Assembly (NCBI GenBank): GCA_040954595.2
Contig: CM082578.2
Coordinates: 18,308,728-18,372,727 of the forward strand
Length of the DNA stretch: 64,000 nucleotides
DNA from: Balanoglossus misakiensis
Lineage: Eukaryota > Animalia > Hemichordata
Direction: 5' to 3'
Shown here: positions 39,648-53,220 of the stretch, piece after piece
Position numbering within the stretch: the first letter of the stretch is position 1
How the letters are laid out: each line of letters starts with the position of its first letter
Program-made: the position numbers and the translations under genes
The notes under the pieces: generated by a model
The model's database searches: none
Seen by the model: only the letters and a program-made list of their open reading frames with translations
Told to the model about the DNA's origin: nothing

Positions 39648-42600
39648 ATGGTAAGGTTTACATTCTTGAAGACATTTGTACTTCAGCTGGCTATTAGCAG
39701 TACAGTCTTCAGTAGTACCGGCAATGACCTTGACCTTGACAGTGTGGGCCTTGACCACAGCTCATCAGACGACTTACTCAGAGGGCAGCTTGAAGATCAA
39801 GTGCAAGAAAAACTAAGCATCAAGTTTGTTGATCCCAATTTGCATCCAGAGCACTATCCATATTATTTCAACAGTCACCATCAGGAAGCCCTCTCTTGCA
39901 AGTTGAATGCAAGCTGCCCATATAAGGTAATATGCAAATGTCTTGAATGGAAATCATTTGAGGGGTGAGGAATTTTCAATGTCTTTGGGAATGATGTTGA
40001 GATAGGTCCTACCTGTTCAGGTGCACCATATTGTCAATATTATGTGAGAACTGTGTTGTGGGTGTTGAGGCCCAATCTTCCCCAAAAGAACAAATAGGTT
40101 AACAAAGAAGATTTTATCAGTGAATGCCTAAAATATAAGCAAACCGGGGACAACAGTTAAATGCCACACCCTTACTTTGAAAGCTGGTTTTCTGGAGCTG
40201 CTGATTAGCTGTGTAAACCAATTGTCTGCAATCATTGGTCATTTGATTTCAAATGGGAAAGTTCAGACAAGGTACTTGTCCTTTGCACCTCACCTGTGGT
40301 CTATATTGAAAATGAAATTAAACTTATATTATATTATATTATGGGTGGAGTTTGTGTGTGTGGCTGTGGTAAATGTTCAGTGAACAGAATTTTACCGTTT
40401 TAATTTTTATAGTGTTGTTCATCTTTTAGATGTTATTATCGCTTTAAATTTAAGTCGAAGATGCTTAAAACCTTTTTCACGAGAATTTAATTTCACCAAG
40501 TAAGAATGTTTTCATGCAGACATATTATTTCATCTGGGTTGTTGGATTGTGAACCTTGTTTGCAAGATATTTGAAAAATTTTACTGTTTTATTGAAGTAG
40601 TTTCTTAATATTGTGACTACAGAATATCCTTGACAGTGAAAATTGCTGGGGTTTTGAAGATGGATGCATAGACAAGGACAATATGCCAGGGTATCCAGAA
40701 TGCACCAGGCTTCGTGAGGCATGGTATGTTTGTAGTTTTTTCATAGGGTTAGAATTACATACTGTAAAATGGGAAATTTTGCGATATCAAAAGCGGCAAA
40801 TGTTATGCGACGATTAATTTTCGTGTTCTCGTATTTCACTGCATCGTTATCTCTGAAAAATATTTTTACGCGACTTTTTATTTTCGCGTTTTTTGGCTCT
40901 CGTGTAGTTTGTAAAAATTTCCCGTTTTACAGTATTCAATGGTCAAAACTGTCCACATTGTTCAAATTCTCGTCATTCCTGCATTTAGAAGCTTACTTTG
41001 GTGCTTTTTTGTGTATTGAAACATTTATTTTCACTGTGAGTTTAACGTCATCACTCGTTAATTCTAAATTCATTCTGGAATCGGTTTGGAATCTCTTCAG
41101 TGACTGAGAGCAGTGTCTGTTCAGTTCTATTCATGTTTTTTATTGTTTTCTCATGGCTATACGATGTGCAGTGTTCTTCCCAGAGCAATGAAAGACTGTT
41201 GGCAAATACCCTTTAATTTTTGGAGAACAATAGAACTGATTAGCATAACAACTAATTTCTATTGTTATGTGAATTGGCCAATACTGCACCAGAAATTCCT
41301 TTGCAGAACATTGATGCAGCTGAAATGAATGAATGAGAAAAACTGATTGATTCCTGATTGTTTTTATCGCTTTACTTGGCAGTGACTGAAATGACATTAG
41401 ACATTACGATAAACAAATTGTCCTCGCCATGCTGAAGCTTGACATTTCCACAGCTGCCCTTGTCTTTATATACTGAGATAGCTTGTGTTCTCCGCGCTAC
41501 TCAAATTGTATTTTAATTTATTCGGCTCACAGTATTCACCAATTTCTCTGATGCATTTCCATTAAACTGACGGCCAAACTTAATTTGGGTGTTTTGGTGT
41601 CAAATAAAAGTTGAGTTTTCCAGAAGTATACGAGTAAATGATAGTTGGGTTCTAAAGTCAAGAGAGAAGATTCCATTCTAAGTAGGTCAGAAGACATCTG
41701 AAGACATTACCAATTACCCATGTATCATAGCAACCACTATAAACATATTTGTTTTGATTTTGACAGGGCCAAAACCCTTGAAAAACAAGCAGATGAATTT
41801 TTTCGAATAGCTGACTTTGGTTATGTGAGAGAAATGCTGAATACAAAGAAGGTATATTGCAGGCCACAAATTGAGGTGAGTTACACGCAATGTATACCTG
41901 GTGATCTCAAGAAAATTTTTGGTCCTGTAAAAATACTGAAATGTGATAATCCATGCAGACTATAAACTGCATGAGTACCACTATTTTAGGAAATTTGATT
42001 GATGTTTTGTGTGCATTGCTTCAAAGGGTGCAGCTTTTTATGGAGAGGTCAAAGGTTAAGGTGGGGCACCAGCAGTATTTCTATTTTATGTATTTCTATG
42101 CAGACAGTTTTTTTGTGAAGTTTAAATGGGTTTTTAAAGTATAATACAAAAGTAATGGAATACAAAAGATTTATAGGGGAGTTGTACCTTCCCCTTAGTA
42201 AAATTTATCTCATTTAACAGTGTGATGTCTTAAGTAAAATATTTTGTTTAACCAGAATTCAGATCAGAATGGACTAATTGTATAATTATACTAGCTCTCT
42301 TGTGGAATGAACCAAATCCTGGGGGTTGGAGGGGTACGTGGTCTGTGGTGTAACTGGACATCAGTGTTTCTTTTCTGTTTCTTCCAATAGACTGACTCTC
42401 TCGTAGAGTGTACACAGTATCTACGCCACTGTAGGGTACGCAATATATATATGGATTTCAGTAACTTAAATTCACACAACAGTAGAAATAGGTAAGGCAG
42501 AAATAAGTTCTTTGTGTTACATGTAAAACATCATTAGAATTTATCTATTTGTTGTACATGTATGTACATGCATGTGCCTACTGCCTGATGCAATTCTATT

Positions 42601-45600
42601 ATACAATACATTTCTGTTTGAACAGCACAGTTCAACTCACACCCTGAATGTAGACACAAACTCATGAATACTTCCATTATTTGTCAAAAGATGCTCTTGA
42701 TTTATGGATAATCTAAATGCTATTAAGTGTCAATCACCAACCAAATCTCTACTTTTCCCAATCAACAGGTTTAGACAAGATGTTTTTAATCCTGGTCAGG
42801 TGGGTGGACACTGCCAACTTTATCAAGAAGATATTCTTGCAGAATCTGCACATAAAAGTGAACTACAATCATGGTAAGACTTTAAAATGCTCAAAACCTT
42901 ATATAAATCTACCAAATTGCTTTTTTGTGTTGATGACTACTGTGAACATCACTTTGTGTCAAGAAAATTGTCTGAAAATGGCACTCTGAAATTGTTAAGA
43001 TACTTACCTTTGTGTGTGTTTTAAATTTGAATGAAAATCCTTTTTGTATTTCTATTAAAGGTATGCAGAACTAAGCGGATATTCGTCGCTGGACTTCCAG
43101 ATACCCAGCTCTGAGCACTGCGATATTACAATCAACAAGCCTACTTATTTGATCAAACTTGATGCAGGTATGTGCAAGTCACTGTGCATTGTATTGAGAT
43201 CATGGAGAGATCATTGGGCATATTTATACTCTGATATCCAGAAGTAGGTCCTGTCATGGTGGTTGACACTGTAGACAAAGGAATGGGATTTAGACACACG
43301 GTAACAGACCGATAGACAAACAGGACTGATGAATACTCTGACAGACATATAGGCACCACCAAGCAGGCGTGGACACTGAAATTCAGATCATGCTTATAGA
43401 CAGACATCATACAGACCTAACAGACTACCTGACACTGACAGATAAATACAATATTCTGGCAGACACGTATGGTTGACATGTGAAGAAACCTGGCCCTCAG
43501 ACCCTGACAGACAGATACACCAGCATTCAATTTTTTCCCAGGTTCTTGAAATTTGGTGCTATGAATCTGTGTGTACATTTATGGGTTAATTTGTGGTGAT
43601 TTTGTTTCATCCTGTTGCAGGCATCAATATGTACCACCATTTCTGTGATTTTATAAATATGTACATCTCCCAGCATATAAACAACACATTTTCAACAGAT
43701 GTAAATATTGTGATGTGGGACACAGTAAGTGCTTCTTTTATATAGTTTTTAAAAAATGGGTGTCAGTTGGTTGTGAACCTTGCGGTAGCTGTGCAATTTG
43801 ATGCAGTTCCACACTTGGACTGTAGGTGGCGCTGTTACATAGTGTTTATGGTACAGCGGGGTGGGGTGGAAATTTGACTGTGTGTGAAAAAATGCATAGG
43901 CTTTAAACATATGTTGTGACTGCTTTATACTATCATTGGAGATTACCATATTTCACGCTTTAATTTAACTGTCAGGCTAATTCCTACTGCATTGTATATC
44001 ATTGCACTGTTATAACACAAACATTTTTACCAACTTGAATCCATTAATTACAAACAATTATTGTTTAAGATATGTTTTTTATTCCCAGGAATAACTCATG
44101 ATTGTAACTAACTGACTTTATTTACAGTACATCTTGAGAGATCTGTTGTTTTCTGTACAGCTATCCAAACAGCTCTGTTTATTTTGATGTTTACAGACAA
44201 AATATGGTTACTATGACATATTTGAGGTTGTTTGGCAGGTTTTCACAGAATATCCCATCATACACCTTAAGACCTGGGATGGAAAGAAGGTAGCAAAAAT
44301 GTCCCTTTTTTCTGTCCCCCCACCTCCAACGCAGCACCCTTCAGATGCAAAAGAAGCTTCTGCCAAAACACCATATTGCAGTTTGTAATTAAATGCAGCC
44401 TAGGAGATCACTTCTTGTATTTCCATTTTAAGCACTTGCTTCTCTCTCTCTCTCTCTCTCTCTGTAATTTTTAATAGAGTGGTCTGAGCTATGGTGACTT
44501 CTTTAGTGCGACGTGGCGTGCCTTTACCGATCACCCTGTCATTCCGCTTAGAAAATGGGATGGCAAAAAGGTATGATGGATTATCTGAAGTCACACTCGT
44601 AGTGGGTTATCATGGATGCAGAAAAAAGAAAAAGACTGATTGTTCCACTGCAGTGGCGACAAGCTGGTGGTATTCTTATGGGTCCCAAACCGTCCCATCA
44701 TATTCAGCGACTTGCAGATGGGAAAGAGAGTTGTACACATGCACTCTGTTGAACTGATAGCTTATTCTACAGACACTATTTAAAAAAGAACCTATCCGTA
44801 TGTTCCCTCAAAATATTTTGCAGCTTGGGCATACCATTTTGTATCCACAGTCTGACGCCTATAGATTTCATGACTATTTACGAACATAAAGAACATGCAG
44901 AATTTGGCGAAAAAAAAGAATGTGAATTTCTAACATTCTCACAAATCTTGGCAGAGCAACACAACAGCCTGCCAAGACATTATAACATTTTGTTTGCTTA
45001 GGATTTGCATTGATGATGACTTACTCTGTGACTGATGGGTGTTAAATTTCTTTTACATGCACAATATCTCAAAATGGTATGTGTCATTTATATTTCACAA
45101 TACAAAAATATCGAAGAGGATTTGGTTACAAAATAGCTGTTCAAACTGCTTTAGAAAATGAGAAACTGTGTTTTCTGTAATCTGTTGCACATACACACTC
45201 TCTTGTGATACCAATCTATCAAAAATGTGTTGTAAGACAATTTGGTTACAGTAATTTATCTGTCACACTGCCACTTCACCAAATGCACATAAGATAAAAA
45301 CAAAAGAACTATCACACACTTTCTGTGGGTGTGTATATCTCTGTAACTATTCCTTTCACTGTTAGCATGTAGAGTAATTAAATTGCCCAAAAAAATTAGC
45401 AACAAAACTGTTGGAAATTTTGCTGATAAAGCTATCAAATCTACAATATCAGGATATTTTATAGACTTCATTATTTATTTCAGCAGATATCATGATTGGA
45501 TTGAAATTGTGTCCTTTCTTTTTTTTTTTTTAAATGACTTAAAATCACAAAATGTTATTTCTGGCTGTAGTAGGTCAGTCAGTGTTTAGTGTTGATTTTT

Positions 45601-48180
45601 CCGTAAGCATGTTTGAATGACAATTAAAGCACACTGTCTCTGCTCACCTCTTTCCGTTGGAACTTTGCGTCTACAGGTTTGCATCCAGGAAGGAGTGTTT
45701 ACTCTGCTTCCACGCATGCAGAGGGGGTTCTTCTACAACATGCCTATTGTCCCCGACTGCCACAAGAGTGGCCTCATGAGGGTGTTCTCACAACATGTAC
45801 TTCATCGGCTTGGCATCAAACAAGAAGGCCCAGTGGTGAGTGCAATCTTGCTAAATCGGAAGTTCACTAACAATATTTCCTCCATTTATGTTGTTTGTAT
45901 TTTGATCTATTTTTTTCAGTACATTCTGATCAAAATCCTATTGCTCGGCATCAAAATGTCTACACTTCCAGTATTTTTTTTTGCTGTGCCGATGTCAATA
46001 CTCTGCAGTGTAGTGCAGAGATAATAGAAAATGTTGCGAATATAGAGAATAAATAACACATTTGATTGGGAGTCGAAGTCCCGTATCTCTTCTTGTGTTT
46101 TGACATCTGGCTCAGGGCTGACTGAAAAGCTCACTACTGTACAATGCAGCTACTCTGACCAGGTTGTCGTTCAAAGTAAAAACTTGGAATAATTGTTTTG
46201 TTTTCCAGAAGAACAAAGTTCGTGTTACCCTGTTGGTCAGAAAGACAAAGCATCGCAACATCGTAAACCAGAATGAGGTAATGTAAACGGGGCGAAGTTG
46301 CTCGCTTTTGACACTATTCTGGTTATTTTCATGTCTCTTGATAGGCTATTTATGTGAATCTTCTGTGACTGTTTGTCACAGAGCAATACGCCCTGAGTAC
46401 ACAGCTATACCACACGAATAATTCCATTGTTCAATTTATGGAAGTGTAGAGCTGCTTGTCTGTCCGACCACTGGGGACTCCTTTAGGATGTTGTGTTTCA
46501 GCAAGTAGAACATCTGGCCACCCTAGTTAAGCGCAGATTGGATCATTTCAGATGTGGTTTGTTTTTTGTCCTGATTTGTTTTTATGAATTTTACACATTA
46601 TGCGCATTATTAGAAATGGCTATTAATTACTTCTAATTTCAGTTAGTTGTGGCCATGAAAAAGAGAAAAGATTTAGTAGTGAATGCTGTACATTATAGCA
46701 GGTAAGGCCACAATGTTTTGTTTGATACAAATATAGGGATTATGGCATTGATTGGGGAAAAAATCTTGTATTAATAGTACTGTGGCTGTAAAACGCAAAG
46801 CGGGTTGTATTACCAGTGAATATTGCTAAGAAAGAGTTAATAGCTGATGCCCTTGAATCGTTCCATTCATTTCATAGTCCCACTTTTTGTTTCTTTTCTC
46901 AACAGAAATATGCCTTTCTTAGAACAACTGAAGGTAAGGGTCAAAGGTTACCACACACTCCAGTGGTGCAGATGTGATGGAATATGTTTTGATATGATGC
47001 TGTGGTGAAACATGTGGGCATGTGTATAACACTGTGATGATAATAAGATGACATTTTGTTGGCATCTCAGTGACATGTGTGTAATTAAGCATAATGGAAA
47101 GAAAAAAAGAATTATGACTGTCCCCTGTAGTTTACATCAAAAAGTTATGCTACAGTTGAGCTGAAAATATGAGAAATGGAAACATTGTTCATTGCTTTTT
47201 CACCTGTATTTGCACACATGCTCATGTACATGTGTGCAAATTTGGCAAAGAGTGCAGTTGGATGTTCAACTTTAACCCCTCCTCCTTTTCAGATAACTCA
47301 CAACAGCGATATATTTATTGGTATGCATGGAGCTGGGCTGACTCATTTGCTCTTCCAACCTGACTGGGCTGTGATATTTGAACTGTAAGTCACAGTAAAT
47401 CCCTTTCAGAGAAAAGGCAATTTCCTAAGCGTACTATTTTTTGGATGATAATGATTAAAATATATCAGATGTACTGCAGCATGCAAGCGGTGCTCAAAAC
47501 TAATTAAACTGAAGTTTGCATTTTCATGGGACAGTTTAGTATTGGTATTTTATAATGTTGACATGCCTTCCTGTAAAATGAAAACAAAAAAAAAGCATCT
47601 CCATATATTCATATTTTTAACATACTCCTGTGTTAAAATTTTTTTCCAGATACAACTGTGAAGATTACAGGTGTTACAAAGATCTGGCGAGTCTCAGAGG
47701 AATCAAGTACCTGACCTGGGAGAGAATACAGAAATTGGAGAAACATAATGAGGTGAGATTAGATATTGAAAAAAGGCAAAGAGGTTAAAGAAAATTGTGT
47801 TATTTGGAATACAATGCTATATTGTAAGTCCAACCATCTGTTTCAAAGTGATAATTACGACAACTGTCAGTTGTGATCATAGGAATGTTATCTATTGACT
47901 GTGGATTGGTTGCAGGCATATTGGCCTGAGAATGAAGTGCGTGTAGACAACCAGTGCAAGTGCTCGCTCAGTTTTTAACCTAAAATCGAACATTAGCTAG
48001 TTTGACGCTCTCTGTCACTTGCAGACTGATCACCCCTCCCTCAAAGTGCCCCATGCCAAGTTCACCGACTACGCTTTTGACATGAAGGAATTCATGAGAG
48101 TACTTAAGAAGGGTATTGAGCATGTGAAGAACCATCCTAAGTACAAGGAAGCTCACCAACACCCAAGAGATGAACTTTAA
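39648..48180 (+). CDS. EOGT: EGF domain-specific O-linked N-acetylglucosamine transferase (GT61), 15 coding exons, about 554 aa
   Basis: Exons 39648-39926, 40623-40723, 41767-41875, 42391-42491, 42769-42873, 43061-43167, 43621-43724, 44197-44289, 45677-45835, 46209-46277, 46643-46701, 46906-46933, 47293-47384, 47650-47752 and 48025-48180 join in frame. Signal peptide; motifs [59 protein letters not shown] and HAKFTDY; C-terminal ER-retention signal RDEL. Confidence 0.96.
40762..40932. mobile_element. MITE with about 20-bp TIRs and TA target duplication (Tc1/mariner-like), in an EOGT intron
   Basis: TA|CTGTAAAATGGGAAATTTT ... AAAATTTCCCGTTTTACAG|TA; CpG-rich relative to the host intron. A related copy starts at 63941. 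Confidence 0.75.
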
Positions 48181-48777
48181 CCCTTCAGTTGCAGAATTTG
48201 TCCTAGTCTTAGTACTGGAATCATGTTTTGAGGGTATATTTGCCACATGCCAGCGACAATCAGAGAACCTCTGAACTATTATAATAATTTATATAGAAAG
48301 AAGATCATCAATCTGTTGATCTTTTAAGCTATATTTTATTAGTCTGTCAGTCTATTTTTACTGGTTTTTCATGCTCACATTTGTCACTGTTAGGTTTGGA
48401 ATTAGGGGCCTGTTAAATAGTATAAATTTATTTCTTTAATCATTATAAGAGAAGGCATGCAATATTTTTGGTCAGGGTCAAGTGCAAGGTCACAAAATCA
48501 AGAGCAAAATTTGAGACAGGACACTTTATACAAGGTCACATTAATTCATTATCAGTGTTGACTAGTTTGCTTCAATTTCTCAGGAGCAATCACAAATATT
48601 CAGCACCTGGGAATCACACTTGTAAGTGTGTATATTTTCTGGACCTACTGGCGGTCCTTGAAGAAAGAAATTAACAAGGTCACACCATTTTAAAATGTGG
48701 AGACCCTTGTCTGTCACGTATAGTTTCAACATCCTTGCAAAACAATTGCATTGTCTTTGCTGATTTCATCCAACATA

Positions 48778-49070
48778 TCAACTCAAACAATATCTACTAC
48801 CTGAGGGTAACATTTCCAAGCAGGAATACAATGGATGGTTTACATCAGCAGTGTTCGCACAAGCTTTTCTCAGTGTTGCATAATCCACAAGCTCTGAGAG
48901 AACCGGTGTGGGTCTCCAAATAATCTTAGATGCTGTGTGAGAGATTTTCAACAGCTTGTTATGGTTAACGAATGAAAGCAACGAGAAATAACACATGTTG
49001 CAGTAAGTCAAGAGTGGTTCAACAATACTCTGATACAATAAGAGTAGCAGATGTGGATTAACATTTAAAG
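48778..49070 (-). mobile_element. 5'-truncated non-LTR retrotransposon fragment (C-terminus of RT ORF, CR1/L2/Rex-Babar group)
   Basis: Translation LLLLYQSIVEPLLTYC...ASKII...HPLYSCLEMLPSGSRY resembles the post-RT region (Y.S.IES.L.Y; HP....LPSGRRY) of this LINE group. Confidence 0.7.
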
Positions 49071-49300
49071 GAACGCAGTCTCCTAAGCATGTGCAATCTC
49101 TGCTGACATTACTCATGAACGCAGTCAGACTAAGTTAAGAATTGTGTCTTATTGGAATGAGAGATTGTTCCCAGAGAAATCGATAGGGAGTTAGGGATTT
49201 TCTTTCATCAACTTTTCTTGTAACAGTGTCCTTAGCGAGGTAATTGACTCGTATCTTCGTGCAAACGCTAATGGCCGATCGTTTATTTTACCGTAAGTAA

Positions 49301-49496
49301 GGGACAGGTCAGTTTCTTCGGCCGGGGCGGTGTATTCTATTTTATAGATATCAAAAAAGTGACTGACCTCCCATTGAACATGGAAAAGTGGGTGATTCCC
49401 CGGGCCCAGCGACCCCTCCCCCATCACCCATTTCCGAAACAGGGTGACCTACATGAATCCACCGCCCTCCCCCGACCGAATAAATTGACCAGTCCC
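49301..49496. mobile_element. MITE, PIF/Harbinger-like (GGG termini, TAA TSD)
   Basis: TAA|GGGACAGGTCAGTTTCTTCGGCCGGGG ... CCCCGACCGAATAAATTGACCAGTCCC|TAA, an imperfect TIR of about 27 bp. Confidence 0.75.
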
Positions 49497-50944
49497 TAAT
49501 GAGCAAACGCATATCTTCAAATGTTCCCTTCGGGTACGGGTACACACTGATTACTTGCATCTCACCATCAATTTTTAAAAACACCAGTAGTTTAATCGCA
49601 CAAAAATTCGCCCTTCCGTGACGATACCTGGAATTCGATCATTTGATTTTTCTCTGCCCACATCAAAAATTAAACTTCAAGATTAAGCGCAATCAATATT
49701 TCAGAGTTAATTTCTTAAATTGTTTTTTTATTGAAGTGCGCAGTTTTTGTTCAAGGTTCAGTTCATCAGAAATAGTTACTTATGATAGCTATGTTGGGCA
49801 CAAAAACCCAGCTGTTTCCGCGTCAAGCACTAATCCTTCATCGCCATACCAAGTTGGGGAAAAACGTGGATTTGGCCGACTGATTTAATCCCGTCAAATA
49901 CAAGTCGGTTTGCAATGTGCCCGAAGCAAAATAAGCGGTCCCCATCCGTCAATGACAAGAAAGCATTTCAAGACATCGTTAAACGGTCACCGTAATAGCC
50001 ATTGAGTTAGTAATGATTTGGTGAAAAACTAATAACCATCGCAATCATCCATATTACAACACATCAGGTCACATTATACATTTACATACCAGTTGTAGAA
50101 AAAAAAAACCAACAGTACAACGTCGGTGCACCAAATTTTAAAAAATTTAAAACATAGGTAAGCAGCTGTAGGAATTTTGGTGTCTCCAAACGAGATTCTA
50201 TACGAGTATAAGCTTACGATTACTTCAGGTTTCTGTATATCCAATGTTTCAAGTTTTATCCAGACCAGCTTGTCGAGTTACCTTGACAACTGTCACAAGT
50301 TAATCGATAGCATTCAGAAAACGCTGGAAAACATAGCAAAATGTGGCTTTGTCACCCGCAAGCACAAAGGTTGTAGAACAGAAGGGAGGGTATATACACG
50401 GTGCATAGCACTGCGGCCTAATAGGGGTCAGGGTATATCGCATGGGAATTCCTTCATCACGTTCCATACGGAGAGTCACGTTTTGCCAGTCTGTTTAGAT
50501 CAGACAAAGCACTGATGATCAAAAACATGACAGAGAAGAGATGTTCATGCTTCTTCACTAAGGTAGACCGAGTCAGTTCGAGCACCCAAATTAGACGTTC
50601 GCCAAGACAATGTGTAGCGTTGTTTGAGGAACTGACACATGGAACATCTTGCCTGGGGGAGGCTAGGCAGTCATCTTCTACTATAACATATACTTTCTGT
50701 CACTATGTGGACGTGAATAAGTAAGCTTTTCTACCACAGCTGTCATTCTTCCTCGAATGTTTCCTTCAGGCCTTCCATTACTTTGTCTTCTTTTTTAATG
50801 TTAAAAGGGATACCCTTTTACGACTATTAAAGCATAATAAACACTGCGATACTCGGCATAAGTGCAGTTATATTTCGTTGGCTAGACTAAGGTCTTATCA
50901 TGAAATAAGGACATGTAGTTTCATATGACTCGCGAATGTGCTAA

Positions 50945-51040
50945 GGGACTGGTCAGTTTCTGTGGCTTGGGAGGGGCGGTGGATTTATGGGGTCACCCTG
51001 TTTTGGAATTGGGTGATGGGGTCACTGGGGATCACCTACT
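50945..51040. mobile_element. Truncated, inverted second copy of the 49301-49496 MITE
   Basis: TAA|GGGACTGGTCAGTTT...GGGCGGTGGATT...GGTCACCCTGTTT..GGAA.TGGGTGATGGGG matches the reverse complement of about 49386-49496. Confidence 0.7.
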
Positions 51041-53191
51041 ACAGTAGAATGTCACATTTGGCCTATGAGTGCCCTCGTGAATTAAATGCATTTTCGCTGA
51101 AATAATAAAAACGGGTCTTAATTAGCCTAGTCGCATTAGTTAATAAGATACAAATCCAGTGGCATTTTGTAATGACCCGGACTCATTCTTGACGTCACAC
51201 ACAATACGATGTACAATAGACATGACATGGAAAACTAGACGGTGCTATCAGATGACCACCCACCGATAGTAAAATGTCAACTAGTTAAACGTCAAGGTTC
51301 ATTTATTTTTAATACTTGCCACCTATTACTGTATATCTTTCTCACGGGTTACAGAAGTTTCATCCAAACCCACCTCAGGCGACTTATCACAGTCTGATAT
51401 ATACCTATTCATTCCATGTATTCATGAAGCTCTAGTGGGTAGTGTGGTGGACCCGTTTCTCGTTTCTCCCACTCCCACTAAGCTCTTTCCCGTTTATTCA
51501 GCCATGGACTGATTTTATTCCAATTCTAGTGTAAGAAGGCTTTTAAAGTCTAGTTACTGAGTGTACGCGTCCGTGCGTTAGTCATCATTGTCTTATAATA
51601 AACACAAAAAAGCGTAGTCGTTTTCGGATGATTAAGTAACATCGCGAATCGTGACCATCAAACAACTACAGTATATAAGCAACAGTACACGTGTTTTCTT
51701 TCTTTACTGCTAGTATTCATTTCCTAACAATATTCCTATACTCACGAGTCAAGCAGAGATTATGACCTTCAGCATTGCTGAATTTGTATAACGTGTTTTT
51801 TAATCAAGTCCGTCTAGCGTCTTACTATTATGTGACGCACTAGTGGCTATACTTTGCATCAACGAACGCTCATTATACGACACTTTCTTAAGGCTGCTTT
51901 TCAGTCAGACAGAAGGTCTCTGTAGCTCAAATTTTCAGCTTTATATTCAGACATAGGTATGACGTCATTTCTCCCGAATTATCCCATATTCGGTGTATAT
52001 CTCAATATGAGTTATCCTCCTGAATTGGCTATTAAAGAAAGTATGCTTCTGCTTCGTTTCTGGATATTTGTCTATTTTGATCCACACATATGGTCGCAAT
52101 TACTGTGTGAGGATATGATCCCAAAAAGTAAATTTTGAACAAGGCATGTGTCTAATACACACAGTCATGATATGTCGAACTGAAAAAAACTGAAATGCTT
52201 CCGATAAAAAATGTAGAACCCATGCAGGCCCTGGGCTGCAGCTTTGACAATACCTTGTTAGCGTGTGATTTCGTTCAGGAACTGGAGATAACGGTATACG
52301 ACGCAATACTTTTCATCTGAGAATTGAAAGCTTCAACTATCTTAGCAAACAAATAATCACCTATTCGTACTGCAAGCTGTCAACTGGTGACCTCACTAGC
52401 TGAAAATAATGGTTACTCCAGGAGATAAGACTAGGATATGAAATGTGGAACTGATGATATGATTGTAATCTCTACCCCGACTGAAATATAATACATATGC
52501 GCCTTAAACGCTTATGATAAGCTAGGCATTAGTTTTAAATGTCAACGTGGCCTATCCTTGTGATTATTATGTACTTCCTAAACTATGCTACGTGCGTTCA
52601 TTTTATTTTATTTGGATAATGTGGTCTTCGTTCCAAATATGTGCACTTTCCGACCAGTAATTTTGTCAGTCTGAAAAGAAAAGGTAAATCAAATTCATAT
52701 AACATTAGAAGATTCCAAAGTTCTCCTCGCGTGATAAATCAAGCACCCAATAGTGATTGCGCCGTGCGAACGCGGAAACCGATTTTGATGTAACTTATGC
52801 ACATTTCACAGTATGATTATTTGTACAGATTAATAATTTAACATCAAGCTATAGATGGAGTATGAATAATTATAATTATTTAGTAGGCAGTTATAAGAGT
52901 TTAGGCTCAATAAGTTCGAGTTGAAAACGTTTACGACGTTTATTGCAAACGTAAAAGAAGACAAGAGACTAGTGCGCGAGACTAGAAAGGCATCAAATCC
53001 CTATCAGGTTTCCTAGGAGCATTCCTTCTCGCCCGTGGAAAGAATGATAAAAAATTGATAAGCTGTCACGTGAACAAACATTGATCAAATCTCTTGTTGG
53101 TTTCATATGAAAGAAGGAATGTTGCGAGGGAAATTGACGGAGACTTGACGACTGTCTTACTACAGTATTTCCTGCGCAGGCAACAATCTAA

Positions 53192-53220
53192 TTGTTTGTT
53201 TGTTTGTTTGTTTGTTTGTT
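53192..53220. repeat. (TTGT)n microsatellite
   Basis: Directly visible simple repeat. Confidence 0.85.

Noticed and set aside
43240-43520. Degenerate CAGA/GACA-rich stretch in an EOGT intron
   Set aside because: Looks like a decayed microsatellite with no defined unit, termini or coding signal.
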